Source: Patescibacteria group bacterium
Lineage (GTDB): Bacteria; Patescibacteriota; Patescibacteriia; JBDRGY01
Direction: 5' to 3'
Assembly (NCBI GenBank): GCA_043817315.1
Contig: JBDRGY010000013.1
Coordinates: 8,663 to 72,662 of the forward strand
Length of the DNA stretch: 64,000 nt
In this document: piece after piece, positions 8,334 to 17,096 of the stretch
Layout: each line of letters begins with the position of its first letter
Numbering within the stretch: position 1 is the first letter of the stretch
The notes under the pieces: generated by a model
Databases searched by the model: none
What the model saw: the letters and a program-made list of their open reading frames with translations, nothing else
Told to the model about the DNA's origin: nothing
Made by a program: the position numbers and the translations under genes

Positions 8334-9851
8334 TTATAAAATCCCGAATACTTTGCGAAAATGAAACCCATAAATTGCAAAACCAATTACTGAAGAGAAG
8401 AGCTGGGGGTGCCTGAATAAAGACCAAAAGAACAGTTTCCAGAAGCCTCCCCTGGACCTATCTTTGATACCCAGAAACCAGATGGATTTAAATATGGCAC
8501 CGGAGAAACCATAATGTAAACGGATATAACGAAAATGAAAATGGGATGACCTCTCTGGTAATTTATTTTTTTCCTTCAAGAATCTCTTAACCCGTTTGTA
8601 ATAAGGCTTGGGAGAGTAAATCCCGCTGATAATTTTTTTATATCCCTGTACCAGGTTTTCATATTTGATTTTAGTAACAAAGTTGGTAGAAAAATCGGTG
8701 TTGTCACCCGTCATATCTTTCAATATCCTGCCTTCTTTGGTAAGACGCTGATAGAGTCTGGTACCCCGAGGGGCATTCAATAATCCGACCATGGCGGTTA
8801 CAATTCCACTTTTCTGGATGAAGTCAATTTGTCTTTGGAATATTGACGAATCATCATTGTCAAATCCCACGATGAATCCTCCGGTCACCTGCAAACCAAA
8901 CTGCTGGATTTTTTGGACTGAGGCGATCAAGTCACGATTCCTGTTTTGAATCTTGCCGCATTCTGCTAAGCTGGCCTCGTTGGGAGTTTCAATACCAACA
9001 AACACCCTGTTAAATCTGGCACGGGCCATCAGACGCATCAGCTCTTCATCATCAGCCAGATTAATTGAGGCTTCGGTGGTAAGAACAAAGGGATTTTTTC
9101 TTTTGGTCATCCAATCAATCATGGCCGGTAAGACATCCTTTTTTAGCTTGGGTTTATTCCCAATGAAATTATCATCAACCATAAATATTCCGCCTCTCCA
9201 GCCTCTTGAATACAGACTATTTAATTCAGTTATCATTTGATCTTTACTCTTGGTCCGTACTCCGCGTCCAAAAAGGGCAGTAATATTACAGAATTCACAG
9301 TTAAAAGGGCAGCCGCGGGAATATTGGAGATTCATCGATAAATATTTTCTCATCTTGATAAGTTCCCAGAGGGGAACCGGCGTTAATCCCAGGTCCGGAT
9401 ATTCCTTGGAGCCATAAATACGTTGAGGACAGCCGTTTTTCAAATCCTCCAAAAAGGGCGGCAGGGTAATCTCCGCTTCATTGAGTATTAGATGATCCAC
9501 ATAGGAAAAATCTTGATACTCGGTTGTAAAGAGGGGGCCACCAGCCACAACCTTGATACCCATTTTCTGACACTTCCTGATTACCTCTTTGGCTGAAGCT
9601 TTTTGAATAGACATGGCACTAATAAAAACCAGATCAGCCCCCATCAGGTCTTTATCCTTTAACTTGGAAACTTTCATATCAATCAGCTTTTTCTCCCACT
9701 CCTTAGGTAGCATGGCGGCTACTGTTAATAAGCCTAAAGGTGGATGAGAGGCCTTTTTGGAGATAAATTTTAAGGCATGCTTAAAACTCCAGAAGGTATC
9801 GGGATACTTCGGGTAAACAAGGACAACTTTGGTATTTGTTTTTCCCCTCAT
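8334..9851 (-). CDS. B12-binding domain radical SAM protein (with DUF4070-like C-terminus)
   Basis: CPFNCEFC is a CxxxCxxC radical SAM motif. There is an N-terminal B12-binding-like domain (VVLVYPKY...LGLLTVAAML). Confidence 0.75.
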   Translation of the reverse strand: MRGKTNTKVVLVYPKYPDTFWSFKHALKFISKKASHPPLGLLTVAAMLPKEWEKKLIDMKVSKLKDKDLMGADLVFISAMSIQKASAKEVIRKCQKMGIKVVAGGPLFTTEYQDFSYVDHLILNEAEITLPPFLEDLKNGCPQRIYGSKEYPDLGLTPVPLWELIKMRKYLSMNLQYSRGCPFNCEFCNITALFGRGVRTKSKDQMITELNSLYSRGWRGGIFMVDDNFIGNKPKLKKDVLPAMIDWMTKRKNPFVLTTEASINLADDEELMRLMARARFNRVFVGIETPNEASLAECGKIQNRNRDLIASVQKIQQFGLQVTGGFIVGFDNDDSSIFQRQIDFIQKSGIVTAMVGLLNAPRGTRLYQRLTKEGRILKDMTGDNTDFSTNFVTKIKYENLVQGYKKIISGIYSPKPYYKRVKRFLKEKNKLPERSSHFHFRYIRLHYGFSGAIFKSIWFLGIKDRSRGGFWKLFFWSLFRHPQLFSSVIGFAIYGFHFRKVFGIL

Positions 9852-9935
9852 ATATGAATTGCTCCGCCATAATGGCGGGATTCCTGAAGATTTTGTTTAA
9901 TTAACGGCTAATTCTATTGTAGCAGATAACAGAAA

Positions 9936-9960
9936 TAATTAAAAATCCCCAAGTATGGGG
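9936..9960 (-). terminator. intrinsic terminator downstream of the tRNA-Trp locus
   Basis: Minus-strand CCCCATACTTGGGG is followed by ATTTTTAATTATTT. Confidence 0.5.
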
Positions 9961-9994
9961 TGTATCCCAGCGAGAGACGCCACCGTTTCGGGTG

Positions 9995-10080
9995 GCAGGG
10001 TTGGAGGGAATCGAACCCCCGTATCAGGTTTTGGACCCCGTCGCTCGCGAGTGACGGGGTGGAGACCCACAACATTTACA
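9995..10080 (-). pseudogene. tRNA-Trp-derived degenerate partial copy (element A)
   Basis: Minus strand ...GGTCTCCACCCCGTCACTCGCGAGCGACGGGGTCCAAAACCTGATACGGGGGTTCGATTCCCTCCAACCCTGCCA carries tRNA-Trp-like anticodon-arm (TCCAAAACC), T-arm (GGGGGTTCGATTCCC) and CCCTGCCA 3' end. No acceptor-stem pairing or cloverleaf is possible, and the D region is replaced by a GC hairpin. Confidence 0.4.
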
Positions 10081-10089
10081 GAAAACTGA

Positions 10090-10165
10090 TGGCAGGGGCG
10101 CTAGGACTTGAACCCAGCCTTGAGGTTTTGGAGACCCCCGTGCTAGCCACTAACACTACGCCCCC
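10090..10165 (-). tRNA. tRNA-Trp (anticodon CCA), CCA 3' end encoded
   Basis: Minus strand GGGGCGTAGTGTTAGTGGCTAGCACGGGGGTCTCCAAAACCTCAAGGCTGGGTTCAAGTCCTAGCGCCCCTGCCA folds as a cloverleaf with anticodon loop CUCCAAA. Confidence 0.8.
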
Positions 10166-10169
10166 ATCA

Positions 10170-10442
10170 TCAGGTTTCTGTTTTTTTAATATTCAAGCTC
10201 TTTGCTATTCGTTTCTTAAGTGCCATATAAACCGATCCGCTTTTCTTTATTCTCTTTTCCCTTATTTTGGAATCTTCTCTGTTTCTATAGGATTCATAGT
10301 AAACTAACTGAACAGGTAGCTTATTCTTAGTTGTAAATACCTTCCCTTTATTATGATCTTTTAGTCTTTGTTTTAAATGATCCGTTCTACCAATATACAG
10401 TTTGCCGTCATTAGCGCTTTTTAATAGATACACATAATACAT
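10170..10442 (-). CDS. GIY-YIG nuclease family protein (UPF0213/YhbQ-like, single URI domain)
   Basis: MYYVYLLKSANDGKLYIGRTDHLKQRLKDHNKG...LVYYESY is a GIY-YIG motif. The protein is 90 aa with a basic tail. Confidence 0.7.
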   Translation of the reverse strand: MYYVYLLKSANDGKLYIGRTDHLKQRLKDHNKGKVFTTKNKLPVQLVYYESYRNREDSKIREKRIKKSGSVYMALKKRIAKSLNIKKTET

Positions 10443-10446
10443 TCAT

Positions 10447-10665
10447 GTGGGATTATTAATTAATCCCCGTCGTTCTCGGTTTTGGACCACGTCAGTCGCG
10501 GAACCCCGTCATCCGGGGATGACAGGGACTGACGTAGTGGAGACCTGCGTTCTACATTGCCAGCCAGAGGCTGGTCCGCCCCGGGCGGAAACTATCCCTA
10601 GGTCGCCTGCAGCGACCGGGATCCCGGCCCCGCGGACAGCGGGGACCAGGGACACCCCCAAAATA
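10447..10665 (-). repeat. GC-rich structured element B, degenerate tRNA-Trp-like copy related to element A
   Basis: About 65 percent GC with many nested hairpins. It shares the blocks AATGT.G, GGTCTCCAC, GACGGGGT, GGTCCAAAACC and ACGRGGG, in the same order, with element A and with the tRNA-Trp anticodon arm. Confidence 0.4.
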
Positions 10666-11754
10666 TTATCGGCTTTTCTTTTTACCTTTAATAAATTCTT
10701 CTGTCAACTGGTGGGCTTCTTCATCGGTATATTGAATAGCCGGTGATTTCATAAAGTAGGCAGAAGGACCGAATAAAGTGCCGGATATCTTTCTGTCCAG
10801 GGCCAATTTTATACAACGAATGGCATCAATAACCACCCCGGCTGAATTGGGTGAATCTTCTACCGACAAACGGCATTCTACATTCATAGGCACATCACCA
10901 AAATGTCGGCTCTCTATTCTTAAGTAACAAATCTTATTATCTTTCTGCCAAGGCACGTAATCGGAAGGTCCGACGTGGATATTCTCATCTTTAATGGACA
11001 ATCCCCTTCTTTCTATCTGGGATTTAACTGCATTGGTTTTTGAAATCTTCTTTGAAGATAGCCTGGCTCTTTCTAACATGTTTAGAAAATCCGTGTTGCC
11101 ACCAATATTCAATTGATAAGTACGGTCAATTGGCATCCCTCTGTCTAAAAATAAATTAGTCAAAGTACGGTGTAGAATTGTGGCTCCCACTTGAGACTTA
11201 ATATCATCCCCTATAATCGGCAGTTTCCTTTGCTTAAACCGACCTTGCCAGTATTTCTCTCGGGCGATAAATACCGGAATACAGTTTACAAAACCACAAC
11301 CGGCATCTAAGACCTGCTCTACATACCACTTAGTGGCATGTTCACTGCCGACTGGCAGATAATTAATGACAACATCGGTTTTGGTTTGCTTTAAAATTTT
11401 GACGATATCATCAGTAGGACCAGGTGCTTTTTTGATTATAACGTACTTGCCTAAACCATCATGAGTCATTCCTCGATGAACTTTAACGCCCAGCTTGGGA
11501 ACTGGGGAGAATTTCTTGGTGTTATTGGGCTTTACCCAAATGGCTTGGCTTAAATCTTTGCCAACTTTGTTGGCGTTGATGTCAAAAGCAGCAGTAAATT
11601 CAATATCCCGGATATGATAACCTCCCAGAGTGACATGCATTAAACCCGGTACCGTATCAGCAGCCTTGGCCTTACGATAGTATTGAACACCTTGAATTAA
11701 AGAAGAAGCACAATTACCCACACCAATTATACCTACTCGAATTTTCTTCTTCAT
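10666..11754 (-). CDS. myo-inositol-1-phosphate (inositol-3-phosphate) synthase, archaeal-type
   Basis: 362 aa. [19 protein letters not shown]-binding start and overall similarity to short-form MIPS. Confidence 0.75.
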   Translation of the reverse strand: MKKKIRVGIIGVGNCASSLIQGVQYYRKAKAADTVPGLMHVTLGGYHIRDIEFTAAFDINANKVGKDLSQAIWVKPNNTKKFSPVPKLGVKVHRGMTHDGLGKYVIIKKAPGPTDDIVKILKQTKTDVVINYLPVGSEHATKWYVEQVLDAGCGFVNCIPVFIAREKYWQGRFKQRKLPIIGDDIKSQVGATILHRTLTNLFLDRGMPIDRTYQLNIGGNTDFLNMLERARLSSKKISKTNAVKSQIERRGLSIKDENIHVGPSDYVPWQKDNKICYLRIESRHFGDVPMNVECRLSVEDSPNSAGVVIDAIRCIKLALDRKISGTLFGPSAYFMKSPAIQYTDEEAHQLTEEFIKGKKKSR

Positions 11755-11773
11755 ATATCCTCCTGATATATTA

Positions 11774-11929
11774 TTATTTGGTCTCTTTATGGGGAGTATG
11801 CTTCTGGCACCATTTACAGAATTTTTTCAATTCTAAACGATTGCGCAGAGTTTTCTTATTTTTCTTGGAAAAATAATTAACCCTTTTGCATTCGGTGCAT
11901 TCCATTTTGATCAGATTGTCCTGTGACAT
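11774..11929 (-). CDS. rpmG: 50S ribosomal protein L33
   Basis: [51 protein letters not shown] has the L33 Cys motifs and RLELKKF/HKE signature. The ORF-track N-terminal extension is rejected. Confidence 0.75.
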   Translation of the reverse strand: MSQDNLIKMECTECKRVNYFSKKNKKTLRNRLELKKFCKWCQKHTPHKETK

Positions 11930-11984
11930 AGAAATATGTTTAATATTTTTTGGGTAACTCTGGAGCCAAGGAAGCCCCGGATCG

Positions 11985-12075
11985 CAGTCCGGGGGAACCC
12001 CCAACCTGCTGTTTATGCCGCCTTAGGCGGCACCCCGCCAGAGGCGGTAGCAAACATCGCCATAATTACTTACGA
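11985..12075 (-). pseudogene. partial degenerate copy of the tRNA-Thr(UGU) 3' half
   Basis: Minus strand ...CATAAACAGCAGGTTGGGGGTTC-CCCCGGACTGCGATCCGGGG-CTTCCTTGGCT. It has 20 nt identical to the tRNA-Thr anticodon-stem/variable/T-stem region, and the T-loop is replaced by a GC hairpin. Confidence 0.4.
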
Positions 12076-12085
12076 GGTGGCTCAA

Positions 12086-12157
12086 AGCCGAGGAAGGGAA
12101 TCGAACCCCCAACCTGCTGTTTACAAAACAGCTGCTCTACCATTGAGCTACCTCGGC
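12086..12157 (-). tRNA. tRNA-Thr (anticodon UGU)
   Basis: Minus strand GCCGAGGTAGCTCAATGGTAGAGCAGCTGTTTTGTAAACAGCAGGTTGGGGGTTCGATTCCCTTCCTCGGCT has a cloverleaf with anticodon loop UUUGUAA. Confidence 0.85.
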
Positions 12158-12174
12158 AAAACTTGGGGTGGTTG

Positions 12175-12260
12175 TGGTGGGCGGAGTAGGATTCGAACCT
12201 ACGAAGGCAAAAGCCATCTGATTTACAGTCAGACCCAGTTGACCACTTTGGTATCCGCCC
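12175..12260 (-). tRNA. tRNA-Tyr (anticodon GUA), long variable arm, CCA encoded
   Basis: Minus strand GGGCGGATACCAAAGTGGTCAACTGGGTCTGACTGTAAATCAGATGGCTTTTGCCTTCGTAGGTTCGAATCCTACTCCGCCCACCA. Confidence 0.85.
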
Positions 12261-12419
12261 ATATGTATTTTAAATAACCCTATTCATTTTTTTATGAATC
12301 TGATTTATCCCATAGCCCGCTAGACGCAGTAGCGTCTGAGGAGTGAGGGGCACTCATGCGGAGGTTGAAGCGGAAGAAATTTGATTACTGGAACGCAAGC
12401 CGAAGCATGAGATGAGCTG

Positions 12420-12485
12420 AGCCCAGAAGCGGACTCGAACCGCTGACCTACTCCTTACCATGGAGTTGCCTGCCCGCCAAGCGCC
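12420..12485 (-). pseudogene. partial degenerate copy of tRNA-Thr(GGU)
   Basis: gacctactccttaccatggagttgc is identical to the anticodon arm of the adjacent tRNA-Thr(GGU), but the D and T arms are altered and the acceptor cannot pair. Confidence 0.35.
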
Positions 12486-12488
12486 TGG

Positions 12489-12560
12489 AGCCGACGGTCG
12501 GACTTGAACCGACGACCTACTCCTTACCATGGAGTTGCTCTACCACTGAGCTACGTCGGC
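12489..12560 (-). tRNA. tRNA-Thr (anticodon GGU)
   Basis: Minus strand GCCGACGTAGCTCAGTGGTAGAGCAACTCCATGGTAAGGAGTAGGTCGTCGGTTCAAGTCCGACCGTCGGCT. Confidence 0.85.
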
Positions 12561-12638
12561 ACTAGGCGACTGGCAGGCGGGCTCTACCTCAGCCAGGGGC
12601 TGACCCGCCTTTGGCGGGAGCTGAGGTATCTGGGCGTA

Positions 12639-13454
12639 TTATTTTTTGATTTTTAAATCCTTTTCCAATACTTTCACCCTTTCCTCAAATTCAGTTATCT
12701 TCTGGTTGTCGGGATTGACTTCTTTCAATTTATCAAGGCACTCTAAGGCTACCACTTTATCTTTAGTTTCCAAACAGGTGTCTAACATGCAGTCCAATAT
12801 TTTTGGATTGTTCGGTTCAATCTCCAGGGCCTTGGCAAAATTCTTGATGGCCAGTCGTGTATTGTCCTGTCTCAAGGCCAGGAGGCCAAGGTCATGATAC
12901 ACCAAGGCATTGTTGGGATCAATTCGCAGCAGATGTGAAAAAGTCTCGTGAGCAAAGTCAAACTCTTTCATTTCCATATACAGTTCTCCCAGGCGTTCAA
13001 AAGCTTCCAGGTTGTCACTGTCCAGTGATATGATTTCAATATACTTCTTTTCAGCCTCTTTTACCTTCTCTGCTTTCTCTAAATCGTCCGCCTCTTGTAG
13101 TAATTGGCTTACTTTTGTTTTGACCTTGGCTCGATCAGTGCTCTTTTGGGGTGCTTGAATTTTCTGAGTATAATTTTTTTCTAGGGCGATCACCTTACGG
13201 TAGGAACGACGGAATGACTCCCGTATCTTCTGGGTTACTGGTACTGCATATTTAACAACTTGTTTGAAAATATTATCAAGTTTTCTGGTCAACCTTTTTT
13301 CCATTAAGTCTTTTTTAACTTCCTTCTGCAGCTGTTTGGGTACGGCTTGAGTGTTTATTGCAGACAAGGCAGGAAACTTACGCACCACAATAATCACAAT
13401 AATCCCCATCCCCATGATAATGACGCCTAACAATATGTAGTCTAATAGAGTCAT
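12639..13454 (-). CDS. TPR-repeat protein with N-terminal TM anchor
   Basis: TM segment MTLLDYILLGVIIMGMGIIVIIVV, and a C-terminal half with TPR-like repeats (AHETFSHLLRIDPNNALVYHDLGLLAL..AIKNFAKALEIEPNNPKIL). Confidence 0.55.
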   Translation of the reverse strand: MTLLDYILLGVIIMGMGIIVIIVVRKFPALSAINTQAVPKQLQKEVKKDLMEKRLTRKLDNIFKQVVKYAVPVTQKIRESFRRSYRKVIALEKNYTQKIQAPQKSTDRAKVKTKVSQLLQEADDLEKAEKVKEAEKKYIEIISLDSDNLEAFERLGELYMEMKEFDFAHETFSHLLRIDPNNALVYHDLGLLALRQDNTRLAIKNFAKALEIEPNNPKILDCMLDTCLETKDKVVALECLDKLKEVNPDNQKITEFEERVKVLEKDLKIKK

Positions 13455-14281
13455 TGTTTTTTAGATTGAAGTTTTAGACACTGTTCACTACCTGGAATTT
13501 CTACTTCGATATAGGAATTATCCTCAATCCTGACGTCAACAGAATGTTTCAAAATATTCCAAGCTACTACCTCTCCTTTGCCTTGTTTAGTCTTAATAAT
13601 ACTGCCCAACTGCGGCAAATCCTTGCTACAGGTTTTGTATAGTTCTTCTTCGTAGGCCAGGCAACACATTAAACGACCACAAGATCCGGAAATTCTTTCA
13701 CTGCCCCGGTGGGCTACTTGCTGGGCCCGGGCCAAATCAGAAGAAACATTACCCAAATTATCCAAGAACTTACGGCAACACATAGGACGACCGCAGACTC
13801 CAATATCCCCTAGCCTTTTAGTTTCGTCTCGAATTCCAATCTGTTGCAAACGGATTGATTTTTGAAAGATATGCGAAAGATCTTTTACCAAATTACGAAA
13901 GTCCACACGAGAATCAGCCGTAAAGGTAAATACTATTCTGCCGCCATCGAAAGAAAATTCGCAATCTACAAGATTCATCGGCAAATTATGCTTCTTGATC
14001 AGGTGACGGCACTTATCCAGAACCTCTTCTTTCTGTTCGTTGTGCTGCTCCAGCTTGGCCAAATCTTCAGTTGTTACTTTACGAACCACCGAATTGACAG
14101 GCTCTGGTTGGTCATCACCGTCTTTCTTGTCTGTCTCAACGGCTAGCTGGGTTACCTCCCCCAGTTCCAAACCGGAGTCAGCTTTTATTATTACCCGATC
14201 ACCCGTTTTCAAATCAAACCGGCCACCGTCATATAACTGCGGCTGATCCCAAAAGTGCATTCTGACAAAAGCTTTTGACAT
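13451..14281 (-). CDS. PSP1 C-terminal domain protein (RicT/YaaT family)
   Basis: CGRPMCCRKF and CGRLMCCLAYEEELY are the Cys motifs characteristic of YaaT/RicT PSP1 proteins. Confidence 0.65.
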   Translation of the reverse strand: MSKAFVRMHFWDQPQLYDGGRFDLKTGDRVIIKADSGLELGEVTQLAVETDKKDGDDQPEPVNSVVRKVTTEDLAKLEQHNEQKEEVLDKCRHLIKKHNLPMNLVDCEFSFDGGRIVFTFTADSRVDFRNLVKDLSHIFQKSIRLQQIGIRDETKRLGDIGVCGRPMCCRKFLDNLGNVSSDLARAQQVAHRGSERISGSCGRLMCCLAYEEELYKTCSKDLPQLGSIIKTKQGKGEVVAWNILKHSVDVRIEDNSYIEVEIPGSEQCLKLQSKKQ

Positions 14282-14284
14282 TTC

Positions 14285-14860
14285 CTATAAAGCAAAGCGA
14301 ATAAACTTTTTTATTTGGATATTTTCACCCAACTTGGTAATTGCCTCGTTAACCAATTCTTCAATCACTTTTTTGTCGTCCTTGATAAATTTCTGCTTGG
14401 TCAAACAAACCTCTTCATAATACTTATGCAATTTACCCTCCAAGATTTTTTTCATTACCTTGTCAGGTTTCTTTTCTTTTTTAATTTGCACTTTAAATAT
14501 CTCTTTTTCTTTGGCAATTTCTTTTTCAGGAACATCTTCAGGGGCTAAATAGGAAGGATTAGTGGCCACTACTTGCATAGCCAGATCATGAGCCAATTCA
14601 ATAAACTGTTCATTCCTGGCTACGAAATCGGTTTCACAGCTCAGTTCAACCATGGCTCCCACCTTACGATTAGCATGAATATATGCCTCGACTACACCCT
14701 CGGATGTTTGACGACCTGCCTTTTTGTCGACTAACTTCTGTCCCTGCTTTCTCAATATCTCTATGGCTTTATCCAAATCATCTGTTTGATCCAGCGCCGA
14801 TTTACAATCCAGGATGGAGGCACCCGTTATTTCTCTCAATTTTATTATCTTATCTTTCAT
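14285..14860 (-). CDS. tsf: elongation factor Ts (short form)
   Basis: LREITGASILDCKSALDQTDDLDKAIEILRKQG is a UBA-like N-terminus. The gene is immediately downstream of rpsB. Confidence 0.8.
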   Translation of the reverse strand: MKDKIIKLREITGASILDCKSALDQTDDLDKAIEILRKQGQKLVDKKAGRQTSEGVVEAYIHANRKVGAMVELSCETDFVARNEQFIELAHDLAMQVVATNPSYLAPEDVPEKEIAKEKEIFKVQIKKEKKPDKVMKKILEGKLHKYYEEVCLTKQKFIKDDKKVIEELVNEAITKLGENIQIKKFIRFAL

Positions 14861-14875
14861 TGATTTATTCCTTTT

Positions 14876-15721
14876 TTAAGATTTTAAGGCCTGGCTGGCA
14901 GCAACTTCTTTTTCTTGTTCCTCAATGTTTTCAATATTCTTTTTTACATCTTCTTTCACCTTTACTTCATCCTCTTTGGTCTTGGGTTTAGCTTCTGGCT
15001 TGTCATCAGCCTCTTTCTTTGGTTCTGGCTTAATCATTTTCTCTGATTGACCCTCTTTGACAGCCTCGGCAATTAATCCACTAAACAATTCTATTGATTT
15101 GGTGGCATCATCATTACCGGGAATAGGATAAGTTACTTTTCCCGGATCAACATTGGTATCCACCATGGCCACAACCGGAATACCTTTTTTGATCGCTTCT
15201 CTGACAGCTGTATTCTCTTCTTTGATATCAATGACAAACATGGCCTCGGGCAGCTTGTTCATGTTTTCCATTCCGCCGACCAATTTTTCCAACTTATCCA
15301 TTTCACGTTGGTAGACCGATCTCTCTTTCTTTGAGTATTTCTTGATTTCACCGGACCCGAATTTGTTGCGTAAATCTTTCAACCGGGCCACTAACTTAGA
15401 GACGTTGACATAATTGGTAAAAGTACCACCCAGCCATTTTTCTGTTATGAAAGGCATGCCACATTCTTTGGCATACTTGGCTATGATATCCTTGGCCTGC
15501 CTCTTGGTGCCCAGGAATAAAACAAGGCCGCCATTTTGTGCTGTCTTTTTAACAAACTCAAGAGCTTCTTCCAGCTTGGCCGCCGTAATCTCCAAATTAA
15601 TAATGTGGACGCCATTACGAGCCGTAAAAATATACGGCTTCATTTTGGGGTGCCATTTAGCGGTTTGGTGGCCAAAATGAACCCCAGATTTCAACATTTC
15701 CAACAACGAAATTTCTTTCAT
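14876..15721 (-). CDS. rpsB: 30S ribosomal protein S2
   Basis: MKEISLLEMLKSGVHFGHQTAKWHPKMKPYIF...VDTNVDPGKVTYPIPGNDDA has canonical S2 motifs. Confidence 0.9.
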   Translation of the reverse strand: MKEISLLEMLKSGVHFGHQTAKWHPKMKPYIFTARNGVHIINLEITAAKLEEALEFVKKTAQNGGLVLFLGTKRQAKDIIAKYAKECGMPFITEKWLGGTFTNYVNVSKLVARLKDLRNKFGSGEIKKYSKKERSVYQREMDKLEKLVGGMENMNKLPEAMFVIDIKEENTAVREAIKKGIPVVAMVDTNVDPGKVTYPIPGNDDATKSIELFSGLIAEAVKEGQSEKMIKPEPKKEADDKPEAKPKTKEDEVKVKEDVKKNIENIEEQEKEVAASQALKS

Positions 15722-15904
15722 ATTTTTTCCTTTCTTCCTCTACTTTCCTCTTTTAAATCAGTAATCTAATTACTTAGACAAGGTTCTGATTTGTCAGAAA
15801 GTATGTGTGATTATTACTTATTTTTGATAGTTCTTATCTTAACTGATATTGGGGGAAAAATCAAGGGATAAAACAGGGGCCGCAGAATTGATATCTTTGG
15901 CCCC

Positions 15905-16264
15905 CTATTTGTCTCTTGGCACCAGAAGCTTTAGGCGATCTAGATCTTGATCGTAGAGCACTAAAGGCACTATCTTCTCCCCGTCATAGATCCAGACCTT
16001 GATCCACTCCTGACGATGGGTCTCGATTCTTCCTTCTGGGCTTACCATAAGCCCAAAGCTGTCTCTCCGCAGATTCTTAATCTGCCCAACAACCTCCTTG
16101 CCCGGATTGCGATAGACAACATAATGTCTCAGTTTGATCTCGGCAAAACAACCAACTGACAACTCGTAGTAGTCCTCCAGGGTAAGATCAAGTCCCTCAC
16201 CCAAAGGAGAACGGCAGCCCAGTAGAACCAGCAGCATGATGTTGACAATCAGCAGCCGACACAT
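15905..16264 (-). CDS. hypothetical lipoprotein
   Basis: Signal peptide with lipobox LLGC. The gene is higher in GC than its surroundings. Confidence 0.4.
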   Translation of the reverse strand: MCRLLIVNIMLLVLLGCRSPLGEGLDLTLEDYYELSVGCFAEIKLRHYVVYRNPGKEVVGQIKNLRRDSFGLMVSPEGRIETHRQEWIKVWIYDGEKIVPLVLYDQDLDRLKLLVPRDK

Positions 16265-16366
16265 GGCGCTATCCTCCCTTCTTTAATAAGGAACACTGTT
16301 TTTCAAATGATACTATCACGGTTTGGAGTAAATGTCAATAGGAATATATTATGATATGATATTTAT

Positions 16367-16849
16367 ATGGAATACGAAGGGAAAATCTGGAGAATTTTAA
16401 CAAATACTTGGACTGTAGTGGCCATTATCTTGTTTACCTTTGATTTTGCTTCGGCTAACCGCTACGATTCCTCAATGGGGGCCGTGGCAGCTATCTATAT
16501 TGCCATCCTCAGTATCTACGTTGGAACAAAGGAATTTGAACGCTGGCAGTCTCACTATTCTGACAATTATTACGGAGAAATCTACGTGATTATCTGGACC
16601 ATCTTCGTCTTGATTGCCTCTACCACCGCTCCCTTTACCAAGATGTTTCAGGTGCCTACCGAATTGGTAATCGTCTATACGGTGGTGCTCAGCATTTTCG
16701 CCCTGAGTCGTCGTTCTAAAACCCTTTATTTCCGTAAAGGGGCCACCCAGATGAAACCCTTGGCAAATTATAAAAAGTATGTTAAGGTAAAAAAACGCCA
16801 GAAAAGGAAAAATAATGAAAAAAGAAATCCATCCCAAATATTTCCCTAA
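16367..16849 (+). CDS. hypothetical membrane protein
   Basis: Four predicted TM helices. The 3' end overlaps the rpmE start, so the true stop or start may differ. Confidence 0.35.
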   Translation: MEYEGKIWRILTNTWTVVAIILFTFDFASANRYDSSMGAVAAIYIAILSIYVGTKEFERWQSHYSDNYYGEIYVIIWTIFVLIASTTAPFTKMFQVPTELVIVYTVVLSIFALSRRSKTLYFRKGATQMKPLANYKKYVKVKKRQKRKNNEKRNPSQIFP

Positions 16850-17087
16850 GGCCAAGATAAAATGCGCCTGCGGGGCCGAATACACTGTCGGCTCTACGGT
16901 ACCGGAAGTGGAAGTGGAAATTTGCTCCAATTGCCACCCTTTTTATACTGGTAAACAAAAGCTGGTTGATACTGCCAGAAGGGTTGATCGTTTTGAAAGA
17001 ATCCGTCAAAAATCTGCAGATCTGAAAAAAGACCGTCCCACCAAAAAAACCAGAATCAAGAAAAAAGAAAGCAAGAAAGATAAATAA
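16815..17087 (+). CDS. rpmE: 50S ribosomal protein L31
   Basis: [63 protein letters not shown]. Confidence 0.85.
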   Translation: MKKEIHPKYFPKAKIKCACGAEYTVGSTVPEVEVEICSNCHPFYTGKQKLVDTARRVDRFERIRQKSADLKKDRPTKKTRIKKKESKKDK

Positions 17088-17096
17088 CAACTTACA

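Noticed and set aside
9995-10080. Element A as a functional second tRNA
   Set aside because: It has T-arm and CCA-like end, but no 7-bp acceptor pairing and no D-arm. I treat it as a degenerate tRNA-Trp-derived copy.
10170-10665. Group I intron with a GIY-YIG homing endonuclease inserted in a tRNA
   Set aside because: The adjacent tRNA-Trp is intact and uninterrupted. No P7/P4 core motifs were recognised. The GIY-YIG protein is a minimal URI-domain protein without a DNA-binding extension.
11929-12004. N-terminal extension of the rpmG ORF ([13 protein letters not shown]...)
   Set aside because: It overlaps the tRNA-Thr-derived GC hairpin element. L33 begins at the conserved MSQD/MECTEC region.
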